Shown: positions 35,272 through 45,251 of the stretch, in pieces
How positions within the stretch are numbered: position 1 is the stretch's first letter
Layout: each line of letters starts with the position of its first letter
NCBI GenBank assembly: GCA_042584585.1
Contig: JBHOSQ010000004.1
Span: 1 to 64,000, forward strand
Reading direction: 5' to 3'
Length of the DNA: 64,000 nt
Source: an archaeon
GTDB lineage: Archaea > B1Sed10-29 > WALL01
Made by a program: the position numbers and the translations under genes
Notes under the pieces: generated by a model
Seen by the model: only the letters and a program-made list of their open reading frames with translations
Databases searched by the model: none
What the model was told of the DNA's origin: nothing

Positions 35272-36792
35272 ATGAAAAAGCCGTTCAAAGCCAGGTGCAT
35301 AGACCTTTCTACGGCTGGAGTTCGGATTGTGGTGCTGCACAGCTCGGACGCGCGGGACCTTGACCTGAAGGCCATGGACCGCGTGGCTGTGAGCACTGAC
35401 GGGTCGGCGCCGGTCAACTGCATCGTGGACTTGACCAACAGCTTCGTTGAGCCGGGGACGGTGGGATTGTTCCGCGAGGCGTGCAACCGCGCGAACGTCG
35501 GCGAGAACGACAACGTGTACCTTGAGCCGAAGGGCAAGCCCGAGAGCCTGAAGTTCATCAAAGAAAAGATGGCCGGGAAGCGGCACACCAAGGAAGAGAT
35601 TGAGGCCATCATCCGGGACTTGATGCACGAAGAGTTGAGTGACGTCGAGCTGACGGGCTGGATTTCTTCGATTTACATTCGTGGGCTCGAGAAGGACGAG
35701 ACCATTGCATTGACGAAGGCGATTGTTGATTCGGGGACAACGCTTGACCTGCGGGAGAAGCGCGTGTTCGACAAGCACTGCATTGGCGGCGTCGCTGGAA
35801 ACCGGACGACGATGCTGGTTGTGCCGATTATCGCGGCGGCGGGATTGACGTGCGCAAAGACGTCGAGCCGCGCGATTACTTCGCCGGCGGGGACCGCGGA
35901 CACCATGGAGGTGTTGGCGCCCGTGAACCTGAACAAGGACGACATCGAGGAAGTCGTGAACAGGATTGGCGCGTGCATCGTGTGGGGCGGGGCAGTAAAC
36001 CTTGCGGCCGCGGACGACAAATTGATCCGCATTCGCCATCCCTTGTCGCTTGACCCACGGGGAATGCTTTTGGCCTCAATCATGGCGAAGAAAAAAGCGG
36101 TTGGCGCGACAGATGTGATTATTGACATTCCGGTTGGGCGTGGCGCGAAAATCAAGTCGCCGGACGAGGCAACGATTTTGGCGAAGCAGTTCAACGCGCT
36201 AGGTGCCTCTTTAGACATGAACATTCATTCCTTGCTGACCAACGGCGACCACCCGATTGGGCTGGCCGTGGGGCCAACGATTGAGGCGAGGGAGACACTG
36301 AGGATTCTTGACTGCGAGGTAGTGTCACAGGAATTGATTGAGAAGAGCTCGCAGTTGGCTGGCGTGCTGCTCGAGATTGGTGGGAAGGCCGCGCCCGGGG
36401 CGGGGAGGGACATGGCGCTTAAGCTCATCCAAAGTGGGAAGGCGGGGCAGAAGTTCCGCGAGATTATTGAGAACCAGGGCGGCGACGGGAACATCAAGTC
36501 TAACGACGTGATGATGGGCGACTACGACCACACGGTCGTCGCGGATCGTGATGGGCGGATTGAGCACATCGACAACAAGGGCGTCTCCGCGGTTGTCCGC
36601 AACGCTGGTGCCCCGAGTGACAAGGTGGCTGGCATGTACCTGCATGTGGAGGAGGGGGACAAGGTGCGGCGCGGGCAGGAGCTATTCACGATTTACGCGA
36701 AGAGCGAGAGAAAAATCGACCAGGCCCTGGAGGCGTACGACCAGCACAAGCCGATACAGTTCGCCAGGATTATTCTTCAGACGCTGGACTAG
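35272..36792 (+). CDS. AMP phosphorylase
   Basis: DKHCIGGVAGN, KTSSRAITSPAGTADTMEVL, SIMAKKKA; N-terminal beta-barrel extension. Confidence 0.93.
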   Translation: MKKPFKARCIDLSTAGVRIVVLHSSDARDLDLKAMDRVAVSTDGSAPVNCIVDLTNSFVEPGTVGLFREACNRANVGENDNVYLEPKGKPESLKFIKEKMAGKRHTKEEIEAIIRDLMHEELSDVELTGWISSIYIRGLEKDETIALTKAIVDSGTTLDLREKRVFDKHCIGGVAGNRTTMLVVPIIAAAGLTCAKTSSRAITSPAGTADTMEVLAPVNLNKDDIEEVVNRIGACIVWGGAVNLAAADDKLIRIRHPLSLDPRGMLLASIMAKKKAVGATDVIIDIPVGRGAKIKSPDEATILAKQFNALGASLDMNIHSLLTNGDHPIGLAVGPTIEARETLRILDCEVVSQELIEKSSQLAGVLLEIGGKAAPGAGRDMALKLIQSGKAGQKFREIIENQGGDGNIKSNDVMMGDYDHTVVADRDGRIEHIDNKGVSAVVRNAGAPSDKVAGMYLHVEEGDKVRRGQELFTIYAKSERKIDQALEAYDQHKPIQFARIILQTLD

Positions 36793-38822
36793 GGTTTTGG
36801 GTTTTCGTGTATTGGCAAGCGCATTATGTTGTACACGTGGTTGTGGTAGTCCAACCCTCTCTTGTTTAAGTTCTTTTTACTAAGAGCAAGAATGCTCTTT
36901 GCTTTCTTGATGCTGTCTTGAGCTAAACCATACTCCGGGCTTTTTTTGGAAACTTGGGAAAGGACTTTTACTGAAAGGTTGAGGTATTGCTTAACGTTTT
37001 TGCGCCAATACTTCGGCGCATCGGAGCCGGACGGTCCGGGTGTAAAGCCCAGTCTCAACGCGTCGTTGACTCTCCTCCCTGCTATGCTATCGACGCTATA
37101 GTGGTGAGTTATGTTACGTCCCTCTACAGTTTGGAGATGGTTAATCCACTTGTCAGTTATCCCGTACTTTTTCCATAGCTCTGCTATCAAAACGTTGTCA
37201 GTGCGGGGAACGGTTTTGAGGCCCATCTCGCGTGCGAGAGCTTTTTTGTAGTCTTTGTAGTACTTCCCGAAGAAAAATCCCAGGCTCTTGAAATGTTGCA
37301 TGTAATACATCAAGGGGTCTAACATATCTGGGTAGCGTGGCTCATGTTGGGGATGACGTTCACTGAATTTGACTCCCTCGAGCGGAGGAGTGTAAAGTGC
37401 TTTGTCCTTGAGGTATTCGTCGCCATGGAAAAAGTCGGTGTCAGGAATCGGGTTTTTCTCCAGGTTCTTCAAGAAGCGCTTGGCTGACCGCTGTATGAAT
37501 TCTTGCTTCATGTCTTCTGGCAATGCAGTCAACGGGTCGTTACGATACGGCGGTTTTGACTTTGAGTCCAGCTGCATGCTGCCGACGTCCCATATCTGAT
37601 GCTTGTTGCCTTTGAAGAGCAAGTCGATTCCCAGTTCTTCCTTGCTGCGTTTGTTGCCCAAGTCTATTGGCGGCTCTTTGGATTTCTCGTGCTCGTTAAC
37701 AATCTGTTTGTAGGCTTTGTATTTCTCCGCGACCTTTTCGTAACCCATATACTTGTAGAACTTGGCCATCCCATGAAAGTAAGCACTGGGCGCGAAGTAA
37801 TGCTTGGCAAGCTTTTGGATTATTTCAATCGGCTCGTCTTTGGTCACGTCGCCAAGAACAAACGAGTCCGGAACAGTTTCTAAATAGCCCAAATGGACGT
37901 TAGTCACCACTTTCCCATCGGGCCTTACATAGATTTCGCAGCCGTCAGCGTTCTTCTGATGGCTCAAAACATCCGAAGCAGAAACAAGCTTGGGTAAAGT
38001 CTCATCTTTGGGCTCGGCCAAAGCACCCATCGCATACAGCGCGCCAGCCTTCACGCCGTAGCCGAGCTTAACCTCAATATCCTGGTGCAGCCCTTTGCCG
38101 AGGTGCTTGCAGTCCTTCAACAGTGTTTTCACTCTGCCTGTAACGCCACTTTGCTCGTGCTCCTTCCCCCTGAAATGCACGAACGGCGTCAGTCTGAAAC
38201 CCTTGGTTTCGTGGGCGATGCCGGCGGCAATGTCTGCCCGTTGGAGAATGGTGGGGTCCTGGGCGAGATGCCAGTCATCAATCCCAACCCAAAAATGAAC
38301 GTTGTTTGGGATTTTGGAAAAGAACTTTCGGGCTTTTTTCTCGTCAAGCGGGAAAAAAGTTCCGTTCGTGTTCACGTTCACCGTTTGGAAACACGTGGAC
38401 GCTTTCTTGATTATCTTGAGTATGTCCTTGTGGAGGAACGGCTCGCCACCGCTAAGCCAAACGACGTCTTGCTTTCTCCCATCGAGATAATGATCGTAAT
38501 CCTCCCTCATGCCTTTCTTGAGGGCACCGAATTGATCAAAAAGCATGAAAAGCGAGTTCTTCAGTTTTTCCGCGTGCCCCTTCATTGCTTCAGGGTCCTG
38601 TTCCCTCTTTCTCGCGGCAGCGTTCATCATGTATTCAGCAAAACAATGGCCGCAGCTCAAGTTACAAATGTCGTTCATGAGGACGTTGATTGGGGCTTTT
38701 TTCTTGAATGGTGTTCTGAAGTCCTCATCATTAGAAAAAACTCGCCACAAGAATTGCGCGCTTCCACGCTTGTCCTTCTTCTTCAGCGTCTTGACAATGT
38801 CTGGCTCGTTGAACTTTTTCAC
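36789..38822 (-). CDS. Radical SAM protein with long uncharacterised C-terminal region
   Basis: CNLSCGHC (CxxxCxxC), LSGGEP, NTNG, twitch-like CEIYVRPDGKV. Confidence 0.85.
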   Translation of the reverse strand: MKKFNEPDIVKTLKKKDKRGSAQFLWRVFSNDEDFRTPFKKKAPINVLMNDICNLSCGHCFAEYMMNAAARKREQDPEAMKGHAEKLKNSLFMLFDQFGALKKGMREDYDHYLDGRKQDVVWLSGGEPFLHKDILKIIKKASTCFQTVNVNTNGTFFPLDEKKARKFFSKIPNNVHFWVGIDDWHLAQDPTILQRADIAAGIAHETKGFRLTPFVHFRGKEHEQSGVTGRVKTLLKDCKHLGKGLHQDIEVKLGYGVKAGALYAMGALAEPKDETLPKLVSASDVLSHQKNADGCEIYVRPDGKVVTNVHLGYLETVPDSFVLGDVTKDEPIEIIQKLAKHYFAPSAYFHGMAKFYKYMGYEKVAEKYKAYKQIVNEHEKSKEPPIDLGNKRSKEELGIDLLFKGNKHQIWDVGSMQLDSKSKPPYRNDPLTALPEDMKQEFIQRSAKRFLKNLEKNPIPDTDFFHGDEYLKDKALYTPPLEGVKFSERHPQHEPRYPDMLDPLMYYMQHFKSLGFFFGKYYKDYKKALAREMGLKTVPRTDNVLIAELWKKYGITDKWINHLQTVEGRNITHHYSVDSIAGRRVNDALRLGFTPGPSGSDAPKYWRKNVKQYLNLSVKVLSQVSKKSPEYGLAQDSIKKAKSILALSKKNLNKRGLDYHNHVYNIMRLPIHENPKP

Positions 38823-38858
38823 GAGTAGATAATGGCGGAGAAAGTATAAAATCCTTGC

Positions 38859-40124
38859 CTAGAACTTACAGAACTTTTGCGCTTTCTTGAGCGTGTTTTT
38901 TTCGTTTACCGACAGGACTTTGTTGTCGCGCATCACTACCTCGCCGTTGATGATGCTGTGGATTACCGGAGTGCCCCCGAACAAGGACTCGCGCAGCAAC
39001 GACTCGTCCGTGTTCGGGACTATGCGGTCCCTCATCGACACCACGGTTATGTCCGCGAGCGAGCCCGGCGCGAGCGAGCCGGTCGCGTGGCCGTACAGCC
39101 GAGAGTTGAACGCCATCGAAAGCAATTGGTTTATCGACACCTGCTTGCCTTTTGACTGCTGCAGCGTCAGCGCGTTCATAAGCTCGCGCCGAACGTCATT
39201 GCTCATGTTTGCGATTGGGTCGTCCACGCCTATGCCCACCGCGACGCCTGCCTCCAGCATGTCCGCCACCGGCGCGACGCCGGAGCCTAGGTTAAGGTTC
39301 ACCGTCGGGCAGTGCACCACGGTCGAGCGGCTCTTGGACAAAAGGAGTATGTCGTTCTTGGAAACGTTCACTGCATGCACGGCAAGCGAGTGGTCGTTCA
39401 ACAGGCCGAGGTCGTACAGGTAGCGCACGCTGGTCTTGCCGGTACGCTGCAGGACAAACCCTTTTTCGCCGGTGGATTCGGCGACGTGCATGTGTACGCC
39501 GGTGTGGTTCTCGGTCGCCAGGTCCTTCACTGTCTTGATTAGCTTTTCTGTGGACTCCACTTCGTTCGCGAGGCCGAACATCCCCGTCAGGAGCGGGTGC
39601 TCCTCGAGGCGCTTCACGAGCCACTCGTTCTCGGACAAGTGCTTGCACGTGAAGGTGGCGCCGCTTTTTATCTCGCGGTCCTTCAGCGCGAGGGCCATTG
39701 TGCCCCTGAGGCCCAAACGGTCCAGGGCCTTGAGCACTGGCTTTGACCACTTGGCGTTGATGTTGTTTATTGAGGTGGTGCCAGTGTGGATGAACTCGAG
39801 GCCGGAGACCAACGCACCCAAGTAGGCATGGTCAGGCGTCATCTTGTTCTCGATTGGGAACAAGACTTTTTCGAACATCTCGAAGAGCGGCATGCCGACG
39901 CCGAGGCCCTGGGCAAGGCCGAGGGCTGCGTGGGTGTGTGCGTTGATGAAGCCGGGCATCACGAGGCAGCCGGTCGCATCGATGCGGTCGTAGCGCTTGT
40001 GTGACTTTCGCATGCGCTCCTTTGTTCCCGTGCCGGTGATGACTGTGCCTTCGACTGCCAGTGAGTGTTCTTTGAATGAATAGTTCGGCTGCAGCACCTT
40101 GCCGTTTTCGATAAGAAGAGCCAC
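38859..40124 (-). CDS. Amidohydrolase (MTA/SAH or nucleoside deaminase family)
   Basis: PGFINAHTH, HMHVAE, AVHAV, HCPTVN, GIGVD metal ligands; start approximate. Confidence 0.85.
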   Translation of the reverse strand: MALLIENGKVLQPNYSFKEHSLAVEGTVITGTGTKERMRKSHKRYDRIDATGCLVMPGFINAHTHAALGLAQGLGVGMPLFEMFEKVLFPIENKMTPDHAYLGALVSGLEFIHTGTTSINNINAKWSKPVLKALDRLGLRGTMALALKDREIKSGATFTCKHLSENEWLVKRLEEHPLLTGMFGLANEVESTEKLIKTVKDLATENHTGVHMHVAESTGEKGFVLQRTGKTSVRYLYDLGLLNDHSLAVHAVNVSKNDILLLSKSRSTVVHCPTVNLNLGSGVAPVADMLEAGVAVGIGVDDPIANMSNDVRRELMNALTLQQSKGKQVSINQLLSMAFNSRLYGHATGSLAPGSLADITVVSMRDRIVPNTDESLLRESLFGGTPVIHSIINGEVVMRDNKVLSVNEKNTLKKAQKFCKF

Positions 40125-40187
40125 TAATAAACACCACAAATGACGAAGTTATCTTTATATCCGGCGTGTGTTTTTAAAGGTAGCACC

Positions 40188-40715
40188 ATGATTGAAATTC
40201 GCATTCACGGGCGTGGCGGGCAAGGCGCGGTAACAGCGTCAGAGCTGCTTGCGGTCGCGGCGTTCAGAGACGGCAAGTACGCCCAGGCGTTCGGGAAGTT
40301 CGGGCCCGAGCGGCGCGGCGCGCCGATACAGTCCTTCGCAAGGATTAGCGGTGAGCCGATACGCATCAGGCAGGAGGTCTATGAGCCTGATTACGTCATC
40401 GTCCTGGACTCGAGCCTCATGAAGGTAGTGGACGTGAAGCAAGGATTGAAAAAGGGTGGGACAGTCATAGTCAACACGAGTGAGGACATCCCGGGCATGT
40501 GGTGCGTCGATGCCACGCGGATTGCGCTTGACGTAATCGGCAGGCCGATCGTCAACACGGCGATGCTCGGCGCGTTCAACAAGGCAAGTGAGTGTGTGGT
40601 GACGCTGGACTCGCTCGCCGAGGCAATCAAAGAGCGGTTCCCGGGAAAGATTGGGGACTTGAACGCAAAAGCGATAGTGAAGGCCAGTGAGGGCTGTGCC
40701 TGCTGCGAGGTGTGA
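40188..40715 (+). CDS. porG: 2-oxoacid (pyruvate):ferredoxin oxidoreductase gamma subunit
   Basis: MIEIRIHGRGGQGAVT, FGPERRGAP, NTAMLGA. Confidence 0.93.
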   Translation: MIEIRIHGRGGQGAVTASELLAVAAFRDGKYAQAFGKFGPERRGAPIQSFARISGEPIRIRQEVYEPDYVIVLDSSLMKVVDVKQGLKKGGTVIVNTSEDIPGMWCVDATRIALDVIGRPIVNTAMLGAFNKASECVVTLDSLAEAIKERFPGKIGDLNAKAIVKASEGCACCEV

Positions 40716-40718
40716 GAG

Positions 40719-40970
40719 ATGATTGGCGGAGTAGTGGACAAGCCTGGCAGCCTTGATGCCAACAAAACGGGGGGGTGGAGGAGCTTCCGCCCGATTATTG
40801 ACAGGGAAAAATGCATTGGGTGCGGAATCTGCAAAAAGTTCTGCCCCGACGTATGCATCGAGATAATCAAAGGAAAATCTGTGGTTGACTACGACTACTG
40901 CAAGGGCTGCTTGATTTGCAAGAACTTGTGCCCGGTCAAGGCGATTTCGTCTGAAGAGGAGGAGAAATAG
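40719..40970 (+). CDS. porD: 2-oxoacid:ferredoxin oxidoreductase delta subunit (2x[4Fe-4S])
   Basis: KTGGWRSFRP, CIGCGICKKFCPD, YCKGCLICKNLCP. Confidence 0.93.
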   Translation: MIGGVVDKPGSLDANKTGGWRSFRPIIDREKCIGCGICKKFCPDVCIEIIKGKSVVDYDYCKGCLICKNLCPVKAISSEEEEK

Positions 40971-42086
40971 ATGAAGAAAATCGCTGAGGGAAGCCACGCG
41001 GTTGCAGAGGTCATGCGGCTGCTGAACCCGGCCGTGATGGCGATGTACCCAATCACGCCGAGCACCCACATCCCAGAAAAGCTAAGTGACTTTGAGTCTG
41101 ACGGGGAGCTGGACGGCACAATCATTCGCGTGGAGTCAGAGTTTTCCGCGATGTCCGCATTGATTGGCGCGAGCGCCACAGGCGTGAGGACATATACTGC
41201 AACGAGCAGCCAGGGGCTTGCTTTGATGCACGAGGTTTTGTTCGCCGCGAGCGGCATGCGGCTTCCGATAGTTATTACGGTGGTGAACCGCGCGCTGAGC
41301 GCGCCGTTGAACATCTTCAACGACTGGCAGGACTCGATTAGCGAGAGGGACAGCGGGTGGATACAGCTGTACGGAGAGGACTCGCAGGAAGTCGTTGACT
41401 TAATGATTCAGGCGTACCGCATTGCGGAGGACAAGCGCGTCTTGCTTCCGGTGATGGTGTGCATGGACGGGTTTTTCCTGAGCCACACTTACGACGTCAT
41501 TGACGTTCCTGAAGACCTCAAGGGATTTGTGCCGGACTACAAAGCGAAGCACGCCTACCTCGACCCGAAGAAGCCATTGACGCAGGGGGCGTGGGCGATG
41601 CAGGAGCCGTACTTCGAGCTGCGAAAGGAGCTTGAAGTGGCTGTGGAGGCGTCGCTTCCCGTGATAAAAGAAGTTCATGACTCGTTTGCCAAGGCGTTCG
41701 GCCGGGGTTACGGCGACGGCGCGATTGACGTGTACGGCAAGGGCGACGTGGCGGTCGTGTCGATGGGGAGCATGTGCACGAACCTTAAGGTGCTTGCCGA
41801 CAAGCTTGGGTTCCAAGTGGTGCGGGTGCGGTGCTACCGGCCGTTTCCCAAAGAAGAGTTGAAGAAGGCGCTGAAGGGGAAGAAGGCCGTCGCTGTGTTC
41901 GAGAAGGACGTCGCGTATGGGACGGGCCATGGCGCGCTTTACATGGACCTTGATGGGTTAGTGGACACGAAGATAGTCAACTTTATTGTCGGGCTTGGCG
42001 GGCTGGACGTGCCGGTCAGCGAGCTCGAGCGGATGTACAAGCAGCTCCCAAAGATGAAGAGCGGCGAAACGGGGTGGCAGAGATGA
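40971..42086 (+). CDS. porA: 2-oxoacid:ferredoxin oxidoreductase alpha subunit
   Basis: YPITPST, ESEFSAMS, TATSSQGL, DGFFLSH. Confidence 0.93.
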   Translation: MKKIAEGSHAVAEVMRLLNPAVMAMYPITPSTHIPEKLSDFESDGELDGTIIRVESEFSAMSALIGASATGVRTYTATSSQGLALMHEVLFAASGMRLPIVITVVNRALSAPLNIFNDWQDSISERDSGWIQLYGEDSQEVVDLMIQAYRIAEDKRVLLPVMVCMDGFFLSHTYDVIDVPEDLKGFVPDYKAKHAYLDPKKPLTQGAWAMQEPYFELRKELEVAVEASLPVIKEVHDSFAKAFGRGYGDGAIDVYGKGDVAVVSMGSMCTNLKVLADKLGFQVVRVRCYRPFPKEELKKALKGKKAVAVFEKDVAYGTGHGALYMDLDGLVDTKIVNFIVGLGGLDVPVSELERMYKQLPKMKSGETGWQR

Positions 42087-42970
42087 GCAGTGAAGCCATT
42101 TCTTCGGGCCACTCGGCGTGCGCCGGGTGCGGAGAGATCATTGGCGAGCGCATGGTGCTCGAGGCCCTAGGGAAAAACGTGATTGTTTGCCAGGCGACGG
42201 GGTGCATGGAAATCACTACGACGCCTTACCCACGGACCGCATTCAAAATTCCGTGGATTCACGTGACTTTCGAGAACGCTGCGTCCGTCGCGAGCGGGAT
42301 TGTTGAGGCCGACCGCAAGCTTGGCCGCGACAGCACTGTTGTCGCGATGGGCGGAGACGGCGGCATGATGGACATCGGGATTCGCGCGGTGAGCGGTGCA
42401 TTGGAGCGCGGGCATGACTTGATGGTGGTCGTGACGGACAACGAGGCTTACATGAACACCGGGATTCAGCGGTCGAGCGGCACCCCGAAGTACGCCGCGA
42501 CGACCACATCGCCCGCCGGCAAGGCCATCCCGGGGAAGCAGCAGTGGAAGAAGCACATTGCGAGGATTGCTGCGGCGCACGGGGCGCCGTATGTCGCGAC
42601 TGCGAGCATCGGGTTTCCCGAGGACTTGGTCGCGAAGGTCAAGAAGGCACAGTCAACCAAAGGCCCAACGCTGTTGCACATTTACACTCCGTGCCCGGTC
42701 GGGTGGGGGCATGACTCGAGCCAGACTGTTTACTACGCCAAGAAAATTGTGGAGACGGGTTTGTGGCCGCTGTACGAAATTGATGGCGGGCAGCTGAAGA
42801 TAAACCAACGGCCCAGCTTCGCTCCGCTTGAGGACTATTTCACTGGGCAAAAGCGGTACAAGCACTTGAAGCCGGAGCACATCAAGGAAATCGGTGACCA
42901 TGTCAAGGCTAGCTGGAAAGAACTGGAAAAGCAGGAAGCCGCTGGCGTTGACCTGATGGTTTTGCCTTAG
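42074..42970 (+). CDS. porB: 2-oxoacid:ferredoxin oxidoreductase beta subunit (TPP-binding)
   Basis: GHSACAGCG, ATGCME, GGDG, DNEAYMNTGIQRS, PCPVGW. Confidence 0.93.
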   Translation: MAEMSSEAISSGHSACAGCGEIIGERMVLEALGKNVIVCQATGCMEITTTPYPRTAFKIPWIHVTFENAASVASGIVEADRKLGRDSTVVAMGGDGGMMDIGIRAVSGALERGHDLMVVVTDNEAYMNTGIQRSSGTPKYAATTTSPAGKAIPGKQQWKKHIARIAAAHGAPYVATASIGFPEDLVAKVKKAQSTKGPTLLHIYTPCPVGWGHDSSQTVYYAKKIVETGLWPLYEIDGGQLKINQRPSFAPLEDYFTGQKRYKHLKPEHIKEIGDHVKASWKELEKQEAAGVDLMVLP

Positions 42971-44535
42971 ACTTCTTTTTCTGTTTGGGCCTTGAGGTCA
43001 CCGAGCTTCTGGATTATTTCTTTGGTCTTGGCGAGGTTTTGGAGTGAGACCGCGGTCTCGAGCGAGACAATGCCGATGTCAACCTTTGCCACGAGCAGGT
43101 TTAGCTTTGAAACGTCTTCGCCGGCTGCCTTGCCCGAGGTTAGTTTGGCCTTGGCGGAGTCGAGTATTTCACCCATTACGTCAGAGACTGCTTTGCCGAG
43201 CTTTTCCCACAGCAGCTTTTTCTCTTCGTCAGAAGATGCGTTGTTGAGGTCTTTCTCGAACGCGGTGAAGTATGATGACAGGCCTTTGTCGACCTTTTCT
43301 TCTTTCAGCGCGGCCCGGAGCTCGCGCATTTTGGACTTCACGTCCTTGGTTTGGGGCTCGGCCGCTTTTTTGCGGCGTGGCTTTTTGCCCTCGAGCTTTT
43401 CCAGCTCTTGCTCGAACTCTTCGCGGGAAAGCGTGGCGACGACTGCCTTGCGGACAAGCTCTTTCAGGCCTTTGTCGAACTCAATCAAGTCCTGTTGGGC
43501 CTCTTCGAGCTCGCGCTCCTGCCGCTGCAGCGACTCAACGCGGTCCGCCATGACCCCCATGTTGTCGCTGAAGGTCTCCAGCTTTTCGCCAATGTTTTTT
43601 GTCTTCAGCTCTTTCGTGAGCGACGCCAGGTCCTGTCGGATGTCAGTGACTTCCTCAAGGTTTTCTGTGTTGCGCTCGCCCCACTCGACGAGCTTTTGCT
43701 GGAGCTTGACTACTGAACTGTTCAGGCTGCTGAGCTCCACCCGCTCTTTTCCGATGGTTGAGTAAAGGTCCTCGAATTCCTCGTTGTGCTTCAGGAGTGT
43801 TTGCTTGAGTTCCTCGAACTTGTCGATTGAGCCCGCGACCTGCCCGACCTGGTTCATGGTGCGCTCCATTTCTTTCTTGACTTTTTCGCCGGCCTGTGTC
43901 TGGGCCTCGACGGCCGAGACGCGCTTCAGCAAGCCGTTGAGTGCCGTGGCGTTTTCCATGCTTTCCTTGTGCCAGGCCTCAAGCTCGGTCTTGAGTGTCT
44001 TCATGAACTCCTCGCCTTCCATGCCCTCAGCGGACATGGAGCGGGGGGCTGCAGTGACTTTTTCCTTGAGTGCCGCGAGCTCGGCGTCGTGTTGCTGGTC
44101 CGCGGTGGTGGACGTACTGGACAATTCTTCCAGCTTGGTTTGAAGGGAGAGTATTTTTTCTTTTTCGGACTGGATTTTGGTGAGCTGCTCTTCGAGGGCA
44201 GCGCGTGCCTCGGGAGCTGCTTGAGCCAGCGGGAGTTTTGAAATGGTTTCCATTTGTGACTGGAGCCTGGCGAGCTCGGCTTTTACCTCGGCCGACATGC
44301 CTGGCTTCTTGGCGGAGAGTGTCTGGACTTTGGTGGCCATGTCCGTGATTTCTTTCTGCAGCTCGGGGGGCACGGTCGTTTTGTGGGAAAGCAGGTCAAG
44401 CCGCTTGCTTAACGCGGCTATCGAAATCTGGTTTTTCTTGCTTTCCTCGTGCCACTGCCCAAGCTCGTCCTTGATGGACTTGAGCGATAAGGCGAGCTTC
44501 TGCATTACTTGCGCTGTTGAAACGTCTGCAGGCAT
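42967..44535 (-). CDS. Long coiled-coil protein of unknown function
   Basis: Heptad-rich E/K/L composition over about 520 aa; no TM, no ATPase motif. Confidence 0.75.
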   Translation of the reverse strand: MPADVSTAQVMQKLALSLKSIKDELGQWHEESKKNQISIAALSKRLDLLSHKTTVPPELQKEITDMATKVQTLSAKKPGMSAEVKAELARLQSQMETISKLPLAQAAPEARAALEEQLTKIQSEKEKILSLQTKLEELSSTSTTADQQHDAELAALKEKVTAAPRSMSAEGMEGEEFMKTLKTELEAWHKESMENATALNGLLKRVSAVEAQTQAGEKVKKEMERTMNQVGQVAGSIDKFEELKQTLLKHNEEFEDLYSTIGKERVELSSLNSSVVKLQQKLVEWGERNTENLEEVTDIRQDLASLTKELKTKNIGEKLETFSDNMGVMADRVESLQRQERELEEAQQDLIEFDKGLKELVRKAVVATLSREEFEQELEKLEGKKPRRKKAAEPQTKDVKSKMRELRAALKEEKVDKGLSSYFTAFEKDLNNASSDEEKKLLWEKLGKAVSDVMGEILDSAKAKLTSGKAAGEDVSKLNLLVAKVDIGIVSLETAVSLQNLAKTKEIIQKLGDLKAQTEKEV

Positions 44536-44574
44536 CAAATCAGGGTAAGATAACCCGGGAGGGTTTATAAATAT

Positions 44575-45234
44575 TCACTTTCTAAGCCGGGAAAGCACCA
44601 CAGCGATGCCCCTGGCCTCGCCCCCCGAAATGAAGGCGCGGGACACGACGTTTCGGAACATCTTGACCGCGTTCTCGGGGTTTCGGAGGCCGCTTGAGCC
44701 CGCGGCTTCCTTGAACAGGCGGACGAGGGTCTCCTTTTCCCGGGAATTTGACGTACGGCGCGTGCTGGTTTTGGAAGAAAAGAGTTCGTAGAATACGATT
44801 GCGGCGGCATGGGTGATGTTCATCACGGGATAGCCAGGGGTTTCTATGTGCACGACGGTGTCGCACGCGCGGAGCTCTTTGTTGGTGAGGCCACGGGACT
44901 CCCTGCCAAAGACAAGCGCGTAACGGCCCTTGGCGTGGGTGGAGGCAAGCTCGCGGGGAGTGAGGTAGGAGCGGGTTGTGTTGTTGTCGGTGCTGGGCTT
45001 TGCGGTCGTCGCGATTAGTTCGTCGAAGCCTTCCACGGCCTCGGCAAAGGTCTTGACGGTCTTTGCTTTCTTGACGATTTGGAAGGAGTGCATCGCGCGG
45101 GCTTTGGTCATCATGGTGACGTCGCACGGGTTCACTAGGATTAACTCGGACAAGCCGAAGTTGTTCATTGCTCTCGCGACAAAGCCGATAGTCCCTGGGT
45201 TTTCTGGTTCCACCAAAATAACTGTCCAGCTCAT
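44575..45234 (-). CDS. trmJ: SPOUT tRNA methyltransferase, TrmJ family
   Basis: VILVEPENPG.IG..AR.M.NFG, LVFGRESRGLTN.EL, YPVMNITHA. Confidence 0.9.
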   Translation of the reverse strand: MSWTVILVEPENPGTIGFVARAMNNFGLSELILVNPCDVTMMTKARAMHSFQIVKKAKTVKTFAEAVEGFDELIATTAKPSTDNNTTRSYLTPRELASTHAKGRYALVFGRESRGLTNKELRACDTVVHIETPGYPVMNITHAAAIVFYELFSSKTSTRRTSNSREKETLVRLFKEAAGSSGLRNPENAVKMFRNVVSRAFISGGEARGIAVVLSRLRK

Positions 45235-45251
45235 TTAGCTACCCCTTTTAA

